DNA of 64,000 nt, from assembly GCA_021325635.1 (NCBI GenBank), contig JAJPGV010000056.1:67037-131036 (forward strand), given 5' to 3'. Below the pieces are notes generated by a model. It ran no database searches and was not told the DNA's origin. It was given only the letters and a program-made list of their open reading frames with translations. Shown here in pieces: positions 30,171 through 39,869 of this stretch (position 1 is the stretch's first letter; the number at the start of each line of letters is the position of its first letter). A program made the position numbers and the translations under genes. This DNA is from Chloroflexota bacterium (lineage in GTDB: Bacteria > Chloroflexota > JAJPGV01).

Positions 30171-30644
30171 TCATGAGGCAACCAGCTCGGTGAGCTGCGC
30201 GAGCGATTTGCCCAGATGCTCCAGGCGGAACGGCCGAAATCCGGCGTAGGGTCGGATGGCGACGGCGACCGCTAACCAATCACAGGAGAAGGTGACTGCG
30301 GTGTTCGTGGGTCCAGCCGGGCGGAGATCGCAGCGCCAGACGCAGCCGCCCGAGCTCAGGGAACCGTCGCCGGCCTCGATGCCTGGCTCCCAGGAAATGG
30401 TGCGCGGCGGGTCGAATACGCGGACCCGATTGGCTATCTTGTAGTTACCGTCCGGGTGGTCCAGGTGGTACATAGACACCCGAAAAATCTGGCCGGTCGC
30501 TGTCAACGGCTTGTGGTCAAGGCTTTCGCAGACCCAGTCGGTGCATTCGATCGCAACGCGCTTTACGGGATCGGTAAGGACTGCGAAGATGGCCTCCGCC
30601 GAGGCGTGAATGACCCTGGTCGCGCTCACATTATCGTCGGCCAT
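30171..30644 (-). CDS. SRPBCC-superfamily protein (polyketide cyclase / AHSA1-like fold)
   Basis: 157 aa; pattern of a Bet v1-like/SRPBCC domain (VIHASAEAIFAVLTDP...WEPGIEAGDG). Confidence 0.6.
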   Translation of the reverse strand: MADDNVSATRVIHASAEAIFAVLTDPVKRVAIECTDWVCESLDHKPLTATGQIFRVSMYHLDHPDGNYKIANRVRVFDPPRTISWEPGIEAGDGSLSSGGCVWRCDLRPAGPTNTAVTFSCDWLAVAVAIRPYAGFRPFRLEHLGKSLAQLTELVAS

Positions 30645-30676
30645 GTGGGCACTTCCGCTAGGTTCGGCCGTTGTCT

Positions 30677-30865
30677 TTACTTCCTTCGCTCCGCATGCGC
30701 GTCAAAGTTGTCCAGGACGATCTCCTCGCTGAGCATGGGGTTCGGGTAAGACCACTCGCGTTGACACGAACCACACCACGCCGTGCTTTGAACGGAATCC
30801 CGCTCGACGTGCACATCTGCCTGGCCACAGTAGCGGCATTTGCGGGCGCCTGGCGACTCAGCCAC
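30677..30865 (-). CDS. Small zinc-ribbon protein (CxxC...CxxC)
   Basis: 62 aa; CRYCGQ ... CGSC Cys pairs spaced ~24 aa apart. Confidence 0.4.
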   Translation of the reverse strand: MAESPGARKCRYCGQADVHVERDSVQSTAWCGSCQREWSYPNPMLSEEIVLDNFDAHAERRK

Positions 30866-30967
30866 AGCGAATTACCGTAGCCGCTTGCAGGTAACAACGA
30901 AGAAGCTATGACGTAAACATTTCGTAAACGCTGCACCCGAGTTGCAGAAGGGGGACCAGCCTCGACT

Positions 30968-31135
30968 GCTATGGCTTGTGTGGCTCGGCGCTCCATCCCT
31001 GCCACAGTCCCCAAATGGCGACGAGTGGGATGACCACGAACCCTACGCCGATCAGCCAGCCCTGGGTGAAAATCACGCCAACGGCGAACAGCGACGATGT
31101 GAGCACAATTCCAAAGAGAAACCACAGCTCCATAT
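30968..31135 (-). CDS. Possible 55-aa two-helix membrane micropeptide
   Basis: Hand translation: MELWFLFGIVLTSSLFAVGVIFTQGWLIGVGFVVIPLVAIWGLWQGWSAEPHKP; not in the ORF track (short); coordinates +/-2. Confidence 0.25.
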
Positions 31136-31194
31136 TCAAATGTTAATATATTCGATACCTTTGAAGGAGTACCGTAGACTCCAGGAGGCCGAGT

Positions 31195-31359
31195 GTGAAG
31201 GTGGCAGCCACGGACGTGAATTTTCCGCGCAGCGAGGTCCGACTGTGCGCCGCCTGCCGGCAGCCCATCCCGCCGGAACGGCTGGCAATCATGCCTGGCA
31301 CAACTCTGTGCGTCAGCTGCAAGACGCGCCGTGAACAGGGCGGGAGACGGAGAAGCTAG
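31195..31359 (+). CDS. TraR/DksA-type C4 zinc-finger small protein
   Basis: GTG start 5 nt after AGGAGG; 54 aa ending LCAACRQPIPPERLAIMPGTTLCVSCKTRREQGGRRRS with exact CxxC-x17-CxxC spacing of the DksA/TraR zinc finger. Overlapped out of frame by track ORF 30942..31334, which looks spurious. Confidence 0.45.
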   Translation: MKVAATDVNFPRSEVRLCAACRQPIPPERLAIMPGTTLCVSCKTRREQGGRRRS

Positions 31360-31798
31360 GCGCCGTCGCGCTTAACGCCCGCCAGCTCCGGCTCACCGCG
31401 GCCGAGCACAACCCCCCATCACTGCAGACGCAAGGTGACCAGGGCCACCCACATTCCTTCGGCGCTGCCGAGCACGACGACCGGCCACCGGATCCAGGCA
31501 GGCAAGCGCACGCACAGGACGCACAGGCTCAGAAGCACGAATGGCAGAAACACGAAGGCCACCGTGACCAGCGGATTCATCATCGCTCCTGTGCGACTAG
31601 TTGAAGGCATTATAGCTTTGCAAGATTTGAATATTGCAGTGTTTTGCCTCTAACTGGTCCAGTGCTTGACCAGCTCAGTCTCGTGGTCGTCTTTACAGAG
31701 CGGGCAGCGAGGTGCCGGTGATGAGGAGCAGGGAGTCGACGAAGGCGCCGTTTCGTCCGCTTCCGTCTCGGTCTCCGATCGGAAGCGGTGGCCGGCTG

Positions 31799-32161
31799 CT
31801 AGCGCGCAGCGGCCAGTGGCACGCCCGCGGGCTCCTCGACAAGCGCGCCATCGCTGGCCATTGCCTGCAGGTCGATCAAGTGGTTGTTGAACATCTGACG
31901 GGCCACATCGAGCAGCTGGAACACGCTCTCGTCCACGGCCCGGTAGAAGACACTGGTGCCTTCCTTGCGGCCGACTACAACGTGCTTGGCCCGCAGGAGC
32001 GCGAGCTGCTGCGACACAGACGAGGACTCGATGCCCAGTCCGGCCTGTAGCTCCGAGACAGTCTTCTCGCCGTCGTGCAGCAATTCGAGGATATGTATGC
32101 GTGTCGGATGGGCCAAGGCCTTGAAGAGCTCCGATTTGAAGATGCGTAACGACTGACTCAC
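31799..32161 (-). CDS. ArsR/SmtB family metalloregulator-type transcriptional repressor
   Basis: LFKALAHPTRIHILELLHDGEKTVSELQAGLGIESSSVSQQLALLRAKHVVVGRKEGTSVFYR is a canonical ArsR HTH. Confidence 0.85.
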   Translation of the reverse strand: MSQSLRIFKSELFKALAHPTRIHILELLHDGEKTVSELQAGLGIESSSVSQQLALLRAKHVVVGRKEGTSVFYRAVDESVFQLLDVARQMFNNHLIDLQAMASDGALVEEPAGVPLAAAR

Positions 32162-32647
32162 GTACCCGCTCGTCGCACTCCTATATCTGCAAATTCCACT
32201 AGCTTAAAAGCCTTACATATATTAGCGAGGAACGGCGAAATGAGCAAGAGCGTGCGGGCCGCGGGCGGGCGTCGACGCTGTGAAGCCGGGCAAGACGGCC
32301 GTAAGAACTGAAGAAGCCCAGGACATCGTCTGCGAAGCGCTCTTCGGCTAGCCAGCTTAACCCGCCGCGGACGTGGTGCGGCGTAGCGCCAACGCCGCGC
32401 CGCAGGTGGATGTCCTTCACGGCAGACTCAGAGCAGCGCCGGCGCTCCGGCGGCCGGTGCCTCGTTGTCCCTAGAAAGAACAGCCCCGATTCCGTCGTCT
32501 CGCTGTGTAGCGGGCGGCCGGTACAAGCGGTCGCACCAGCCCGGCGCTCTATCAGCCAGTCACACACGCTGGAACCACCGCGATCTCCTGTGTCCGCTTC
32601 GTCAATACCGCGCGGGCTCGCGGCCAAACCACTCGAAGGCCGCCCGC

Positions 32648-32854
32648 CTATGGTGAAGCAGACCAGCGCCGTTTCGTCAGGCGTACCGTGGGCAGCGCGC
32701 GTCTTTCGGCGGAGTCGCGGCAGTAGGCGCGGCACACGAGATCGAGGTCGGGCACCGGTTTGCCCGCCACGGCCGCCGCACGCTGCTCCTCGGCAGTCCA
32801 GACGAACTCTCCGCCGCAGGCCACACAAGTCAAGACCCGATCTCGATACATCAT
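32648..32854 (-). CDS. Possible small zinc-ribbon protein
   Basis: 68 aa; LTCVACGGEF ... CRAYC; GC3-rich. Confidence 0.3.
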   Translation of the reverse strand: MMYRDRVLTCVACGGEFVWTAEEQRAAAVAGKPVPDLDLVCRAYCRDSAERRALPTVRLTKRRWSASP

Positions 32855-33082
32855 GCGCGGACTCCTGACACCCTGGGCTGCTCTCTGCGCGGTTCGTTAT
32901 ATGATGACTTACAAAGGTTATCAGATAGGCGGATTCGTGCCAGTTGCGATATTAGAGCGTCCGGCTTCTACGAATGGGCGGGGCCATGGGGGCCCGCGGA
33001 AGGGCACGCTGCTCGCAGCTAGTCGTTCGAGTGCGCATGGCAGCAGCAGCGAGCCCTTCAACCGAGAGAAGCGGGTGCGTCC

Positions 33083-33336
33083 GTGATTGTGATGTTGGAG
33101 GGCGAGGAATATCTCACCGCCGACGAGGCCTGGTCGTTCCTGGGCGTCAAACCCGCCACGCTGTACGCATATGTGAGCGGGGCCTCTTGAGCAGCTACCG
33201 ACAGGGCGCCAAGCGCGGCCGGTTGTACCGCAAGAGCGAGGTCACCCGGCTACGCCAGTTCGGCCCGAGCGAGCCGCGCGGAAAGGCGGGCGAGAGCTGG
33301 CTCCCAACCGCCGAGAGCTGGATTCCCTACACCTAG
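33083..33336 (+). pseudogene. Frameshifted helix-turn-helix (Xis/MerR-like, HTH_17-type) DNA-binding protein gene
   Basis: Frame 1 reads VIVMLEGEEYLTADEAWSFLGVKPATLYAYVSGAS* (stop 33188-33190). Shifting to the frame of track ORF 32974..33336 at the G-run 33179-33182 continues ...YVS|RGLLSSYRQGAKRGRLYRKSEVTRLRQFGP... Together this gives the typical Xis/MerR-like pattern (LT..EAA..LGV...LY.W...G.L...R.G.R.YR..EV). A single-nucleotide indel separates the halves. Confidence 0.55.
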
Positions 33337-33580
33337 CCATGGATACTCATCGCTTTCAGGCCCTTGAAGGCGCGGCCCCTCAACCCTCAGACCCGTCGTC
33401 GGCGTCGCGTAGCGCCAGTTCGATTGGCGACGGGGAATCGCTCTCATCGCGACCAGCCAGCTCTTGGAACCTTGACGTGTCGCGGGAGTTCAGCCCGGAG
33501 GAGCGGGTTGCCGAGTGGCGGTTTGACTAACCGCCAGCCGAGTTACGGCGCTTGCATGCTCCGGACCGGACGCGACCTCG

Positions 33581-33892
33581 TCAGCTCAAGCGATCGAGAT
33601 GAGCCGGCTTGGCTGCCCACGCGGGTTCGAGGTTCCCTTTTGTTTTCGTCAGAAAGGCTGCGTTGCCACTGACGTCGTCGACGTCCTTGAGCGGCACGTA
33701 CAGCCGCTTGCCGAAGCCAAGAAAGCCGGTCTTCACTTCGATGATCTCGTCGTAGCGGGCATCCGCCTGACCCATCAAGGCTGCCTCCTCGCGGTAGACC
33801 CGAGCGATGGTGCCGACCTTGTTGCCGTTGACGTCGCACAGGTCCAGTCCGGGGTAGATCTTGCCCAAATGCCGTTCTTCCACGCCTCTCAC
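33581..33892 (-). CDS. Hypothetical protein (PRC-barrel-like?)
   Basis: 103 aa; DLCDVNGNKVGTIARVY...YVPLKDV resembles PRC-barrel/DUF2171-type small proteins; weak call. Confidence 0.35.
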   Translation of the reverse strand: MRGVEERHLGKIYPGLDLCDVNGNKVGTIARVYREEAALMGQADARYDEIIEVKTGFLGFGKRLYVPLKDVDDVSGNAAFLTKTKGNLEPAWAAKPAHLDRLS

Positions 33893-34340
33893 TCCTCGCT
33901 GCGTTTGTCGCGAGCCAGTGCCGGTTCGCTTACCTGGTTTCGGCTATGATATTGGAATCTTGCAAGATTCACAAGTAGTCAGCAAGTGAGAGTCGCCCAC
34001 CCCGTGTCGTGCCGCACCGGGCGCGGCTGATGCCGGCGCACTCGAGGCACCGCTGGCGACACTGGAACCGCTTCAACTGCCTAAGGCCGCCGAAGCCCTG
34101 CTGGCGCTGCGCGATGCGCGCATCACGGCTCCCCTTCGGCCCATCTGTCCGTGTGAGCTGGGCTACCGCGGACTCCTCGGCTGTCCTCACGCCAGGGCAG
34201 TCGCCCAGGGCGGCGAGGTTGCATTGCGACTCGTCACCGGGACGTCCGTTCCCGGCCACGAGCGCTGACGGGTCAGGCGTCCATTCGTCTGCGGCCGATT
34301 TGACGGTTAGGAGCAGTAACGACGTGTACAGGGAACAACC

Positions 34341-35114
34341 GTGGCCCTAGCTCTGGAGGGTCGCGTGCGCGTCGCGCCCCACCGGACCGAGCGCCCTGAT
34401 CGGTGGTGGCTCGAACCGCTGATCACCGTCGTCGTGCTCGGCGGCTTCGTGCTGTACACCACCTGGGCCATGGTCTTTGGTACCTCACACTTCTACGCCG
34501 ATCCGTACCTGTCGCCCTTTTACTCGCCATGCATCACGAGGCTGTGCCCGGCCGACACCCTGCCCTATGTCCCCTGGGCCTACTCGCCGGCCTGGCTGAT
34601 CTTCTGGGCGCCGCTGGCCTTTCGGCTGACTTGCTACTACTACCGCAAGGCCTACTACCGCTCGTTCTTCTGGACGCCGCCGGCCTGCGCCGTGCCTGAC
34701 GCCGCGCATCGCTATCGCGGCGAGACACGCTTTCCCTTTGTGATCCAGAACCTCCACCGCTACGCGTTCTGGGTGGCGCTCATCGTGGTGGCATTCCTGT
34801 GGATCGACGCGGTGAAGGCGTTCCACTTTGCGACCGGTTGGGGAGTCGGCCTGGGGTCCATCGTGCTGCTGCTCAACGCCGGACTGCTGACGCTGTACAG
34901 CTTCTCGTGCCACTCCTGCCGCCACCTGTGCGGCGGGCTGTTCGACGTCCTCTCACGGCATGGGCTGCGGTATCGCGTCTGGCGCTTCGTGTCGAGGTGG
35001 AACGAGCACCACATGGCCATCGCCTGGACCAGCCTTGTGTTCGTTGCCTTCAGCGACGTCTACGTGCGTTTGGTATCGGCCAGCGTCATCGCCGACCCGC
35101 GCTGGCTGTTCTAG
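34341..35114 (+). CDS. sdhC: Succinate dehydrogenase/fumarate reductase membrane anchor (cytochrome b, Rv0249c-like)
   Basis: 257 aa, 5-6 TM, several conserved His candidates for heme ligation; immediately upstream (3-nt gap) of the sdhA-sdhB genes. Gene order anchor-flavoprotein-FeS matches the actinobacterial Sdh1 (Rv0249c-Rv0247c) type. Confidence 0.6.
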   Translation: MALALEGRVRVAPHRTERPDRWWLEPLITVVVLGGFVLYTTWAMVFGTSHFYADPYLSPFYSPCITRLCPADTLPYVPWAYSPAWLIFWAPLAFRLTCYYYRKAYYRSFFWTPPACAVPDAAHRYRGETRFPFVIQNLHRYAFWVALIVVAFLWIDAVKAFHFATGWGVGLGSIVLLLNAGLLTLYSFSCHSCRHLCGGLFDVLSRHGLRYRVWRFVSRWNEHHMAIAWTSLVFVAFSDVYVRLVSASVIADPRWLF

Positions 35115-35116
35115 CC

Positions 35117-36919
35117 ATGGCCAGCGAAAGCCACGAAACGCACGAGTACGACGTTGTCATCATTGGCGCGGGCGGCGCCGGTCTGCGGGCGGCCATCGAG
35201 GCCTCGGCAGCCGGGGTGAAGACGGCGCTCATCTGTAAGAGCCTGCTCGGCAAGGCCCACACGGTCATGGCCGAAGGCGGCATCGCCGCTGCCTTAGGCA
35301 ACGTCTGGCCCGAGGACAACTGGAAGGTCCACTTCCGCGACACCATGCGCGGCGGCAAGATGCTCAACAACTGGCGCATGGCCCAGATCCACGCGCAGGA
35401 GTCGCCTGACCGCGTGCTCGAGTTGGAAGAGTGGGGCGCCCTGTTCGACCGCACCAAAGATGGCCTCATCCTGCAGCGCGACTTCGGCGGCCACCGTTAC
35501 GCTCGGCTGGCCCACGTGGGTGACCGCACAGGCCTCGAGATGATCCGAACGCTCCAGCAGCACGCCGTCCACAAGGGCATCGACGTGTTCATGGAATGCA
35601 ACATTCAGCGGCTGCTGAAGGACGGCCACAAGATTGCCGGCGCGTTCGGTTACTGGCGTGAGAGCGGTGGCTTCGTGCTCTTCAAGGCCAAAGCAATCGT
35701 CCTCGCTACGGGCGGCATCGGTAGAAGCTGGAAGGTGACATCGAATTCCTGGGAATGCACCGGCGACGGCATCGCGCTGGCGCTGAACGCCGGGGCCGAG
35801 CTGATCGACATGGAGATGGTGCAGTTCCACCCCACTGGCATGATCTGGCCGCCCAGCGTGAGAGGCCTGCTGGTCACGGAAGGAGTTCGGGGCGACGGCG
35901 GCACACTGCGCAACAACAGCGGCGAACGCTTCATGTTCCGCTACATTCCGGAGTTCTTCAAGGCCGAGACGGCCGACAACGAGACCGAAGCGGACGCCTG
36001 GTACACCGACAAGGCCAACAACCGACGGACGCCGGACTTGCTGCCGCGCGACGAGGTGGCGCGGGCCATTAACGCGGAGGCGAAGGCCGGCCGTGGCTCC
36101 CCGCACGGCGGCGTGTTCCTGGACATCGCCAGCCGCCGCCCAGCCGATTACATCATGAAGCGCCTGCCGTCGATGTACCACCAATTCATGGAGCTGGCCG
36201 GGGTGGACATCACCAAAGAGGCGATGGAGATCGGCCCAACCTGCCACTACGCGATGGGCGGCGTGCGCGTCGACGCCGATACCACGGCGACCGACGTTCC
36301 CGGCTTATTCGCGGCCGGCGAGGTCGCGGCCGGCCTGCATGGCGCCAACCGGCTCGGCGGCAACTCACTGTCTGACCTGGTGGTGTTCGGGCGGCGGGCG
36401 GGCCAGTACGCGGCCGCGTACGCCAAGGCGCTCAGGGCGCAACCACTTGTCGACGCCGGCGAGGTCGAGCAGGTCGCTCGCGAGCTCCTCGTCCCACTAA
36501 CCAGCCACGGCGGAGACAACGCCTATGCCATTCATGCCCAGCTGCAGGAGTGCATGCAGAACAACGTGGGGCTCATCCGGGTGGAGAACGAGATGATCGA
36601 GGCGCTGGACGTTATTGCCAGCCTGAAGCGCCGGCTGCCCAACGTGACGGTCGCGGGCGGCCGCCACTACAACCCGGGCTGGCACCTGGCGTTGGATCTG
36701 CAGAACATGCTAGCAGTCTCGGAAGCATGCACGCGGGCGGCGCTGGCCCGCAAGGAGAGCCGCGGGGGCCATACACGGGACGACTTCCCCAGCACCGATG
36801 AGCGCTTCGCCATGGTCAACGTGGTGGTTCGGGCTCGAGACGGCGAGCTCACGCTCAGCGATGAGCCACTCCCGGAGATGCCGGACGAGCTCAAAGCCCT
36901 GTTCGAGGAGGCGCATTAG
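35117..36919 (+). CDS. sdhA: Succinate dehydrogenase/fumarate reductase flavoprotein subunit
   Basis: YDVVIIGAGGAGLRAAIEAS FAD fold; HTVMAEGG; covalent-FAD His region; active-site R/H residues; 600 aa from M107 of the track ORF. Confidence 0.95.
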   Translation: MASESHETHEYDVVIIGAGGAGLRAAIEASAAGVKTALICKSLLGKAHTVMAEGGIAAALGNVWPEDNWKVHFRDTMRGGKMLNNWRMAQIHAQESPDRVLELEEWGALFDRTKDGLILQRDFGGHRYARLAHVGDRTGLEMIRTLQQHAVHKGIDVFMECNIQRLLKDGHKIAGAFGYWRESGGFVLFKAKAIVLATGGIGRSWKVTSNSWECTGDGIALALNAGAELIDMEMVQFHPTGMIWPPSVRGLLVTEGVRGDGGTLRNNSGERFMFRYIPEFFKAETADNETEADAWYTDKANNRRTPDLLPRDEVARAINAEAKAGRGSPHGGVFLDIASRRPADYIMKRLPSMYHQFMELAGVDITKEAMEIGPTCHYAMGGVRVDADTTATDVPGLFAAGEVAAGLHGANRLGGNSLSDLVVFGRRAGQYAAAYAKALRAQPLVDAGEVEQVARELLVPLTSHGGDNAYAIHAQLQECMQNNVGLIRVENEMIEALDVIASLKRRLPNVTVAGGRHYNPGWHLALDLQNMLAVSEACTRAALARKESRGGHTRDDFPSTDERFAMVNVVVRARDGELTLSDEPLPEMPDELKALFEEAH

Positions 36920-37738
36920 ATGGCCGCTGTGGCCGAACGCCCGGCGCGGCCGAGCACCGAGGCCGCCCGCAGCGACACTGTCACGTTTCGCGTCTGGCGA
37001 GGCGACGCATCCGCCGGCGAGTACCGCGAGTACACCGTGGCGCTCGACGAGGGCATGGTCGTCCTGGACGTCATCCACCGGATTCAGGCGACCCAGGCGG
37101 GCGACCTGGCGGTTCGCTGGAACTGCAAGGCCGGGAAGTGCGGCTCGTGCAGCGCGGAGATCAATGGCAAGCCGCGCCTGATGTGCATGACCCGTATGGA
37201 CACCTTCGAGCGGGGCCAGGTCATCACCGTCTCACCCATCAAGACCTTCCCGCTCATCCGCGACCTGGTCACCGATGTGTCGTTCAACTTTGAGCGGGCC
37301 AAGGAGGTGCCGGCCTTCAAGCCCAAGGCTCCTGACCCCGACGGCAAGCGGCGCATGCACCAGGAAGACGTCGACCGGGTGCAGGAGTTCCATAAGTGCA
37401 TCGAGTGCTTCCTATGCCAGAACGTCTGCCACGTCATCCGTGACCACGAGGACAACAAGCAGCACTTTGCCGGGCCGCGTCTATTCGTGCGGCTGGCGGC
37501 GCTGGAGATGCATCCCCTGGACACGAATGACCGGCGCGAGCTGCTCAAAGCCAGGGCCGGCCTGGGCTACTGCAACATCACCAAGTGCTGCACTGAGGTC
37601 TGCCCCGAGCACATCCACATCACGGACAACGCCATCATCCCGCTCAAGGAGCGCGTGGTCACCGAGTTCTATGACCCGGTCGCATGGCTGGCCCGCAAGC
37701 TCACCGGCAGGGATCGCCGCCGGGGCATCGTCGAGTAG
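36920..37738 (+). CDS. sdhB: Succinate dehydrogenase/fumarate reductase iron-sulfur subunit
   Basis: 272 aa; [2Fe-2S] CKAGKCGSC...C, [4Fe-4S] CIECFLCQNVCH and [3Fe-4S] CNITKCCTEVCP motifs. Confidence 0.9.
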   Translation: MAAVAERPARPSTEAARSDTVTFRVWRGDASAGEYREYTVALDEGMVVLDVIHRIQATQAGDLAVRWNCKAGKCGSCSAEINGKPRLMCMTRMDTFERGQVITVSPIKTFPLIRDLVTDVSFNFERAKEVPAFKPKAPDPDGKRRMHQEDVDRVQEFHKCIECFLCQNVCHVIRDHEDNKQHFAGPRLFVRLAALEMHPLDTNDRRELLKARAGLGYCNITKCCTEVCPEHIHITDNAIIPLKERVVTEFYDPVAWLARKLTGRDRRRGIVE

Positions 37739-38166
37739 GAGCGTCCGGCATGTGCAGTTCTCGGAGGGCTGCCGCCCGCTGGCTGGACGAGGACCAGACA
37801 CATGCCGGTTGATGGGCTGTCCAACGCCTCCGGCTGGGTGCTGTGGGTTACCGAGACTGCCGATCCAGAACGCTTCGCCGAGGCCCTCCAGGTCAGGGTC
37901 CGCTCTGTGAAGCCGGTGGCCATTCCGCCACAGCGGCTCGAGCAGGCCATCGCAGCTGTCCGGCCAGCCGGCATCGCCATCGACGGCCGGCTGCGGGACT
38001 GCAACGCGCTGCTCGAGCGAAGCGCCGCGCTCTTTCCCGGGATCGCCGTGATGGTGACCGAGGCCGAGCTGGCGTCGACCCGTCAGGCTCGTGCGCCGGC
38101 GCGAGGGTCATCGAGTGCACGTTCACCATCAAGCCAGGGCCAGGCAGCTGCACGCTGATCGCCATC

Positions 38167-38592
38167 ATGGACAGGTGTGCGCGCCGCACTGCCCGGCCGG
38201 AGGATTCGTCAACGACCATCCTGGTCATCGACGACGACGAGTACCTGCGGCGGGCCTTGACCTACGCCCTACGCCGTGAGGGCTATTCGGTGCGTACCGC
38301 CGGCAACGGGGCTGAGGGCCTGCACCTGCTGCGCCAGCTGCGCCCGGTGCTGGTGCTGCTGGACGTCAGGATGCCGGACAAGGACGGCTATGAGCTGTGC
38401 CGCGACATCCGCCGGGACCCCGAGCTGTCAGACACCTATGTGATCCTGCTGACGGCGCGAGCTCGCCAGGAGGACCGTGAACGCGGGCTCCTGGCCGGAG
38501 CCGACGAGTGCGTGATCAAGCCGTACAGCCCTCGCTCGCTGATAGAGCGTATCCGGGATGTGCTAGACCAAGTCTTGTCCTCGCATCTGTAA
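38167..38592 (+). CDS. Single-domain response regulator (receiver only)
   Basis: TILVIDDDEYLRRALTYALRREGYSVRTAGNGAEGLHLLRQLRPVLVLLDVRMPDKDGYELCRDIR...VILLTARA...KPYSP; classic CheY-like receiver; start at M109 of the track ORF. Confidence 0.75.
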   Translation: MDRCARRTARPEDSSTTILVIDDDEYLRRALTYALRREGYSVRTAGNGAEGLHLLRQLRPVLVLLDVRMPDKDGYELCRDIRRDPELSDTYVILLTARARQEDRERGLLAGADECVIKPYSPRSLIERIRDVLDQVLSSHL

Positions 38593-38724
38593 ACGCCGGG
38601 CGAATCACACGGGGTTCTGCCGGGGGGACGAACGCTCCTGAAGTATCGGAGCACGCAGGTGCTTTACGGGGCTTCGGCGGAGGTTCGCTCGGTGGCGGAT
38701 CGAGGAGGACGCGGACCGAGCGCG

Positions 38725-38982
38725 CTACAGGCGAGCGCGTAGTTCGGCATCGCTTACTCCTGTCACCTCGATGAGCTTGTCGCGCGACGTGTGGCCATGG
38801 AGGATGACCACGTCGGCTTGGCGGACGCTCAGGTGCCTGGCCAGCAGCCGGATCAGCCGTTTGTTGGCCTGCCCTGCTACCGGCCGCGCCGTCAACCGCA
38901 CGTGCAAGACGTCGCCCTCCATGCTGATTTCATCGCTCGAAACACCGGCCCGCACCCGCACGCTCAGCCGGGCCACGGCTAC
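38725..38982 (-). CDS. DUF167 (YggU/UPF0235) family protein
   Basis: VRVRAGVSSDEISMEGDVLHVRLTARPVAGQANKRLIRLLARHLSVRQADVVILHGHTSRDKLIEV matches DUF167; start set at an internal V (GTG); the longer track ORF would overlap the hydrogenase gene end. Confidence 0.55.
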   Translation of the reverse strand, partial: VAVARLSVRVRAGVSSDEISMEGDVLHVRLTARPVAGQANKRLIRLLARHLSVRQADVVILHGHTSRDKLIEVTGVSDAELRARL

Positions 38983-39001
38983 CGCGCGAGATCGAGCAGG
39001 T

Positions 39002-39850
39002 TCATTCAGTGCCGACGGTTTGAGGCTGGCGGTAGGGCTGCGTCCCGCCGAGCGCCAGCAGAATGCCATGTATCAGCGCTTGCGGACGCGGCGGGCTGCC
39101 CGGAATGTAGACGTCTACCGGCAGCACGCGGTCGACACCGCCGGCCACGGCGTAGCTGCCTTTTAACACCCCACCACCACACGCCTCGTCGCCGACAGCG
39201 ACCACCAGGCCGGGGCGGGGCATTGCCTCGTACGTAGCCCGCAAGGCGGGCTCCAGGTGACGGGTCACCGGGCCGGTGACCAGCAGCATGTCGGCATGGC
39301 GCGGCGAAGCGACGACGTCGATCCCCAGCCGTTGCACGTCATACACCGGACCGAGGAGCGCCGCGATCTCCCAGTCGCAGGCATTGTCTGAGCCGGCGTC
39401 CATGTGTCGGATGTGCAGCGACCGGGCGAGCAACGTGCGAATGCGACCGTTGAGTCGACGTGCTTCAGTTGCTGGGATGACGTTTCCTGCAACCGCACCG
39501 TTTTGACGCGGCGTGACCGCCTGGCCGCCAGAGACGTTCCACACCTCGACCAGGTCCGCCCGATTCTCGGCCGCCAGCTCGAACTCAGGAGTGAGATGGA
39601 TGGCATCCTCGGGGCAGGCGTCCTCACACAGACCGCAGAAGATGCAGCCGGCCAGGTCAAGGCGCAGGGTCGAGCCGACCAGGGAGATGACCTGTGCGGG
39701 ACAGGCGGTGACGCAATCGCTGCAGCAAGTGCAGCGGCTTGCCTCAAGCGCCGGCCGACCGCGATAGGCCGGGTTCACAGGATCGCGAGACGCCGGATAC
39801 GAAGTGGTGACGCGGCCCATACGCAGACCGGCGCGCAGCACGTTCAGCAT
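39002..39850 (-). CDS. Fused 2x[4Fe-4S] ferredoxin (HycF/NuoI-like) + [NiFe]-hydrogenase small subunit (HycG/EchC/NuoB-like)
   Basis: Start M92 of the track ORF (MLNVLRAGLRMGRVTTSYP); two CxxCxxCxxxCP motifs (CTCCSDCVTACP, CIFCGLCEDACP), then a NuoB/HycG-like domain (HIRHMDAGSDNACDWEIAA...VGDEACGGG...YIPGSPPRP). Confidence 0.8.
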   Translation of the reverse strand: MLNVLRAGLRMGRVTTSYPASRDPVNPAYRGRPALEASRCTCCSDCVTACPAQVISLVGSTLRLDLAGCIFCGLCEDACPEDAIHLTPEFELAAENRADLVEVWNVSGGQAVTPRQNGAVAGNVIPATEARRLNGRIRTLLARSLHIRHMDAGSDNACDWEIAALLGPVYDVQRLGIDVVASPRHADMLLVTGPVTRHLEPALRATYEAMPRPGLVVAVGDEACGGGVLKGSYAVAGGVDRVLPVDVYIPGSPPRPQALIHGILLALGGTQPYRQPQTVGTE

Positions 39851-39869
39851 TGCAACAGGTTTTTCGAAA

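Noticed and set aside
30942-31334. Track ORF 30942..31334 (+, 130 aa)
   Set aside because: It overlaps out of frame both a well-formed TraR/DksA zinc-finger ORF with a strong RBS and a minus-strand membrane micropeptide. Its translation lacks protein-like features.
37802-38158. ORF 37802..38158 (+) between sdhB and the receiver gene
   Set aside because: Possible small gene, but it has no RBS, a low-complexity C-terminal half (Ser/Ala/Arg-rich) and an out-of-frame overlap with 37843..38592. Left unannotated.
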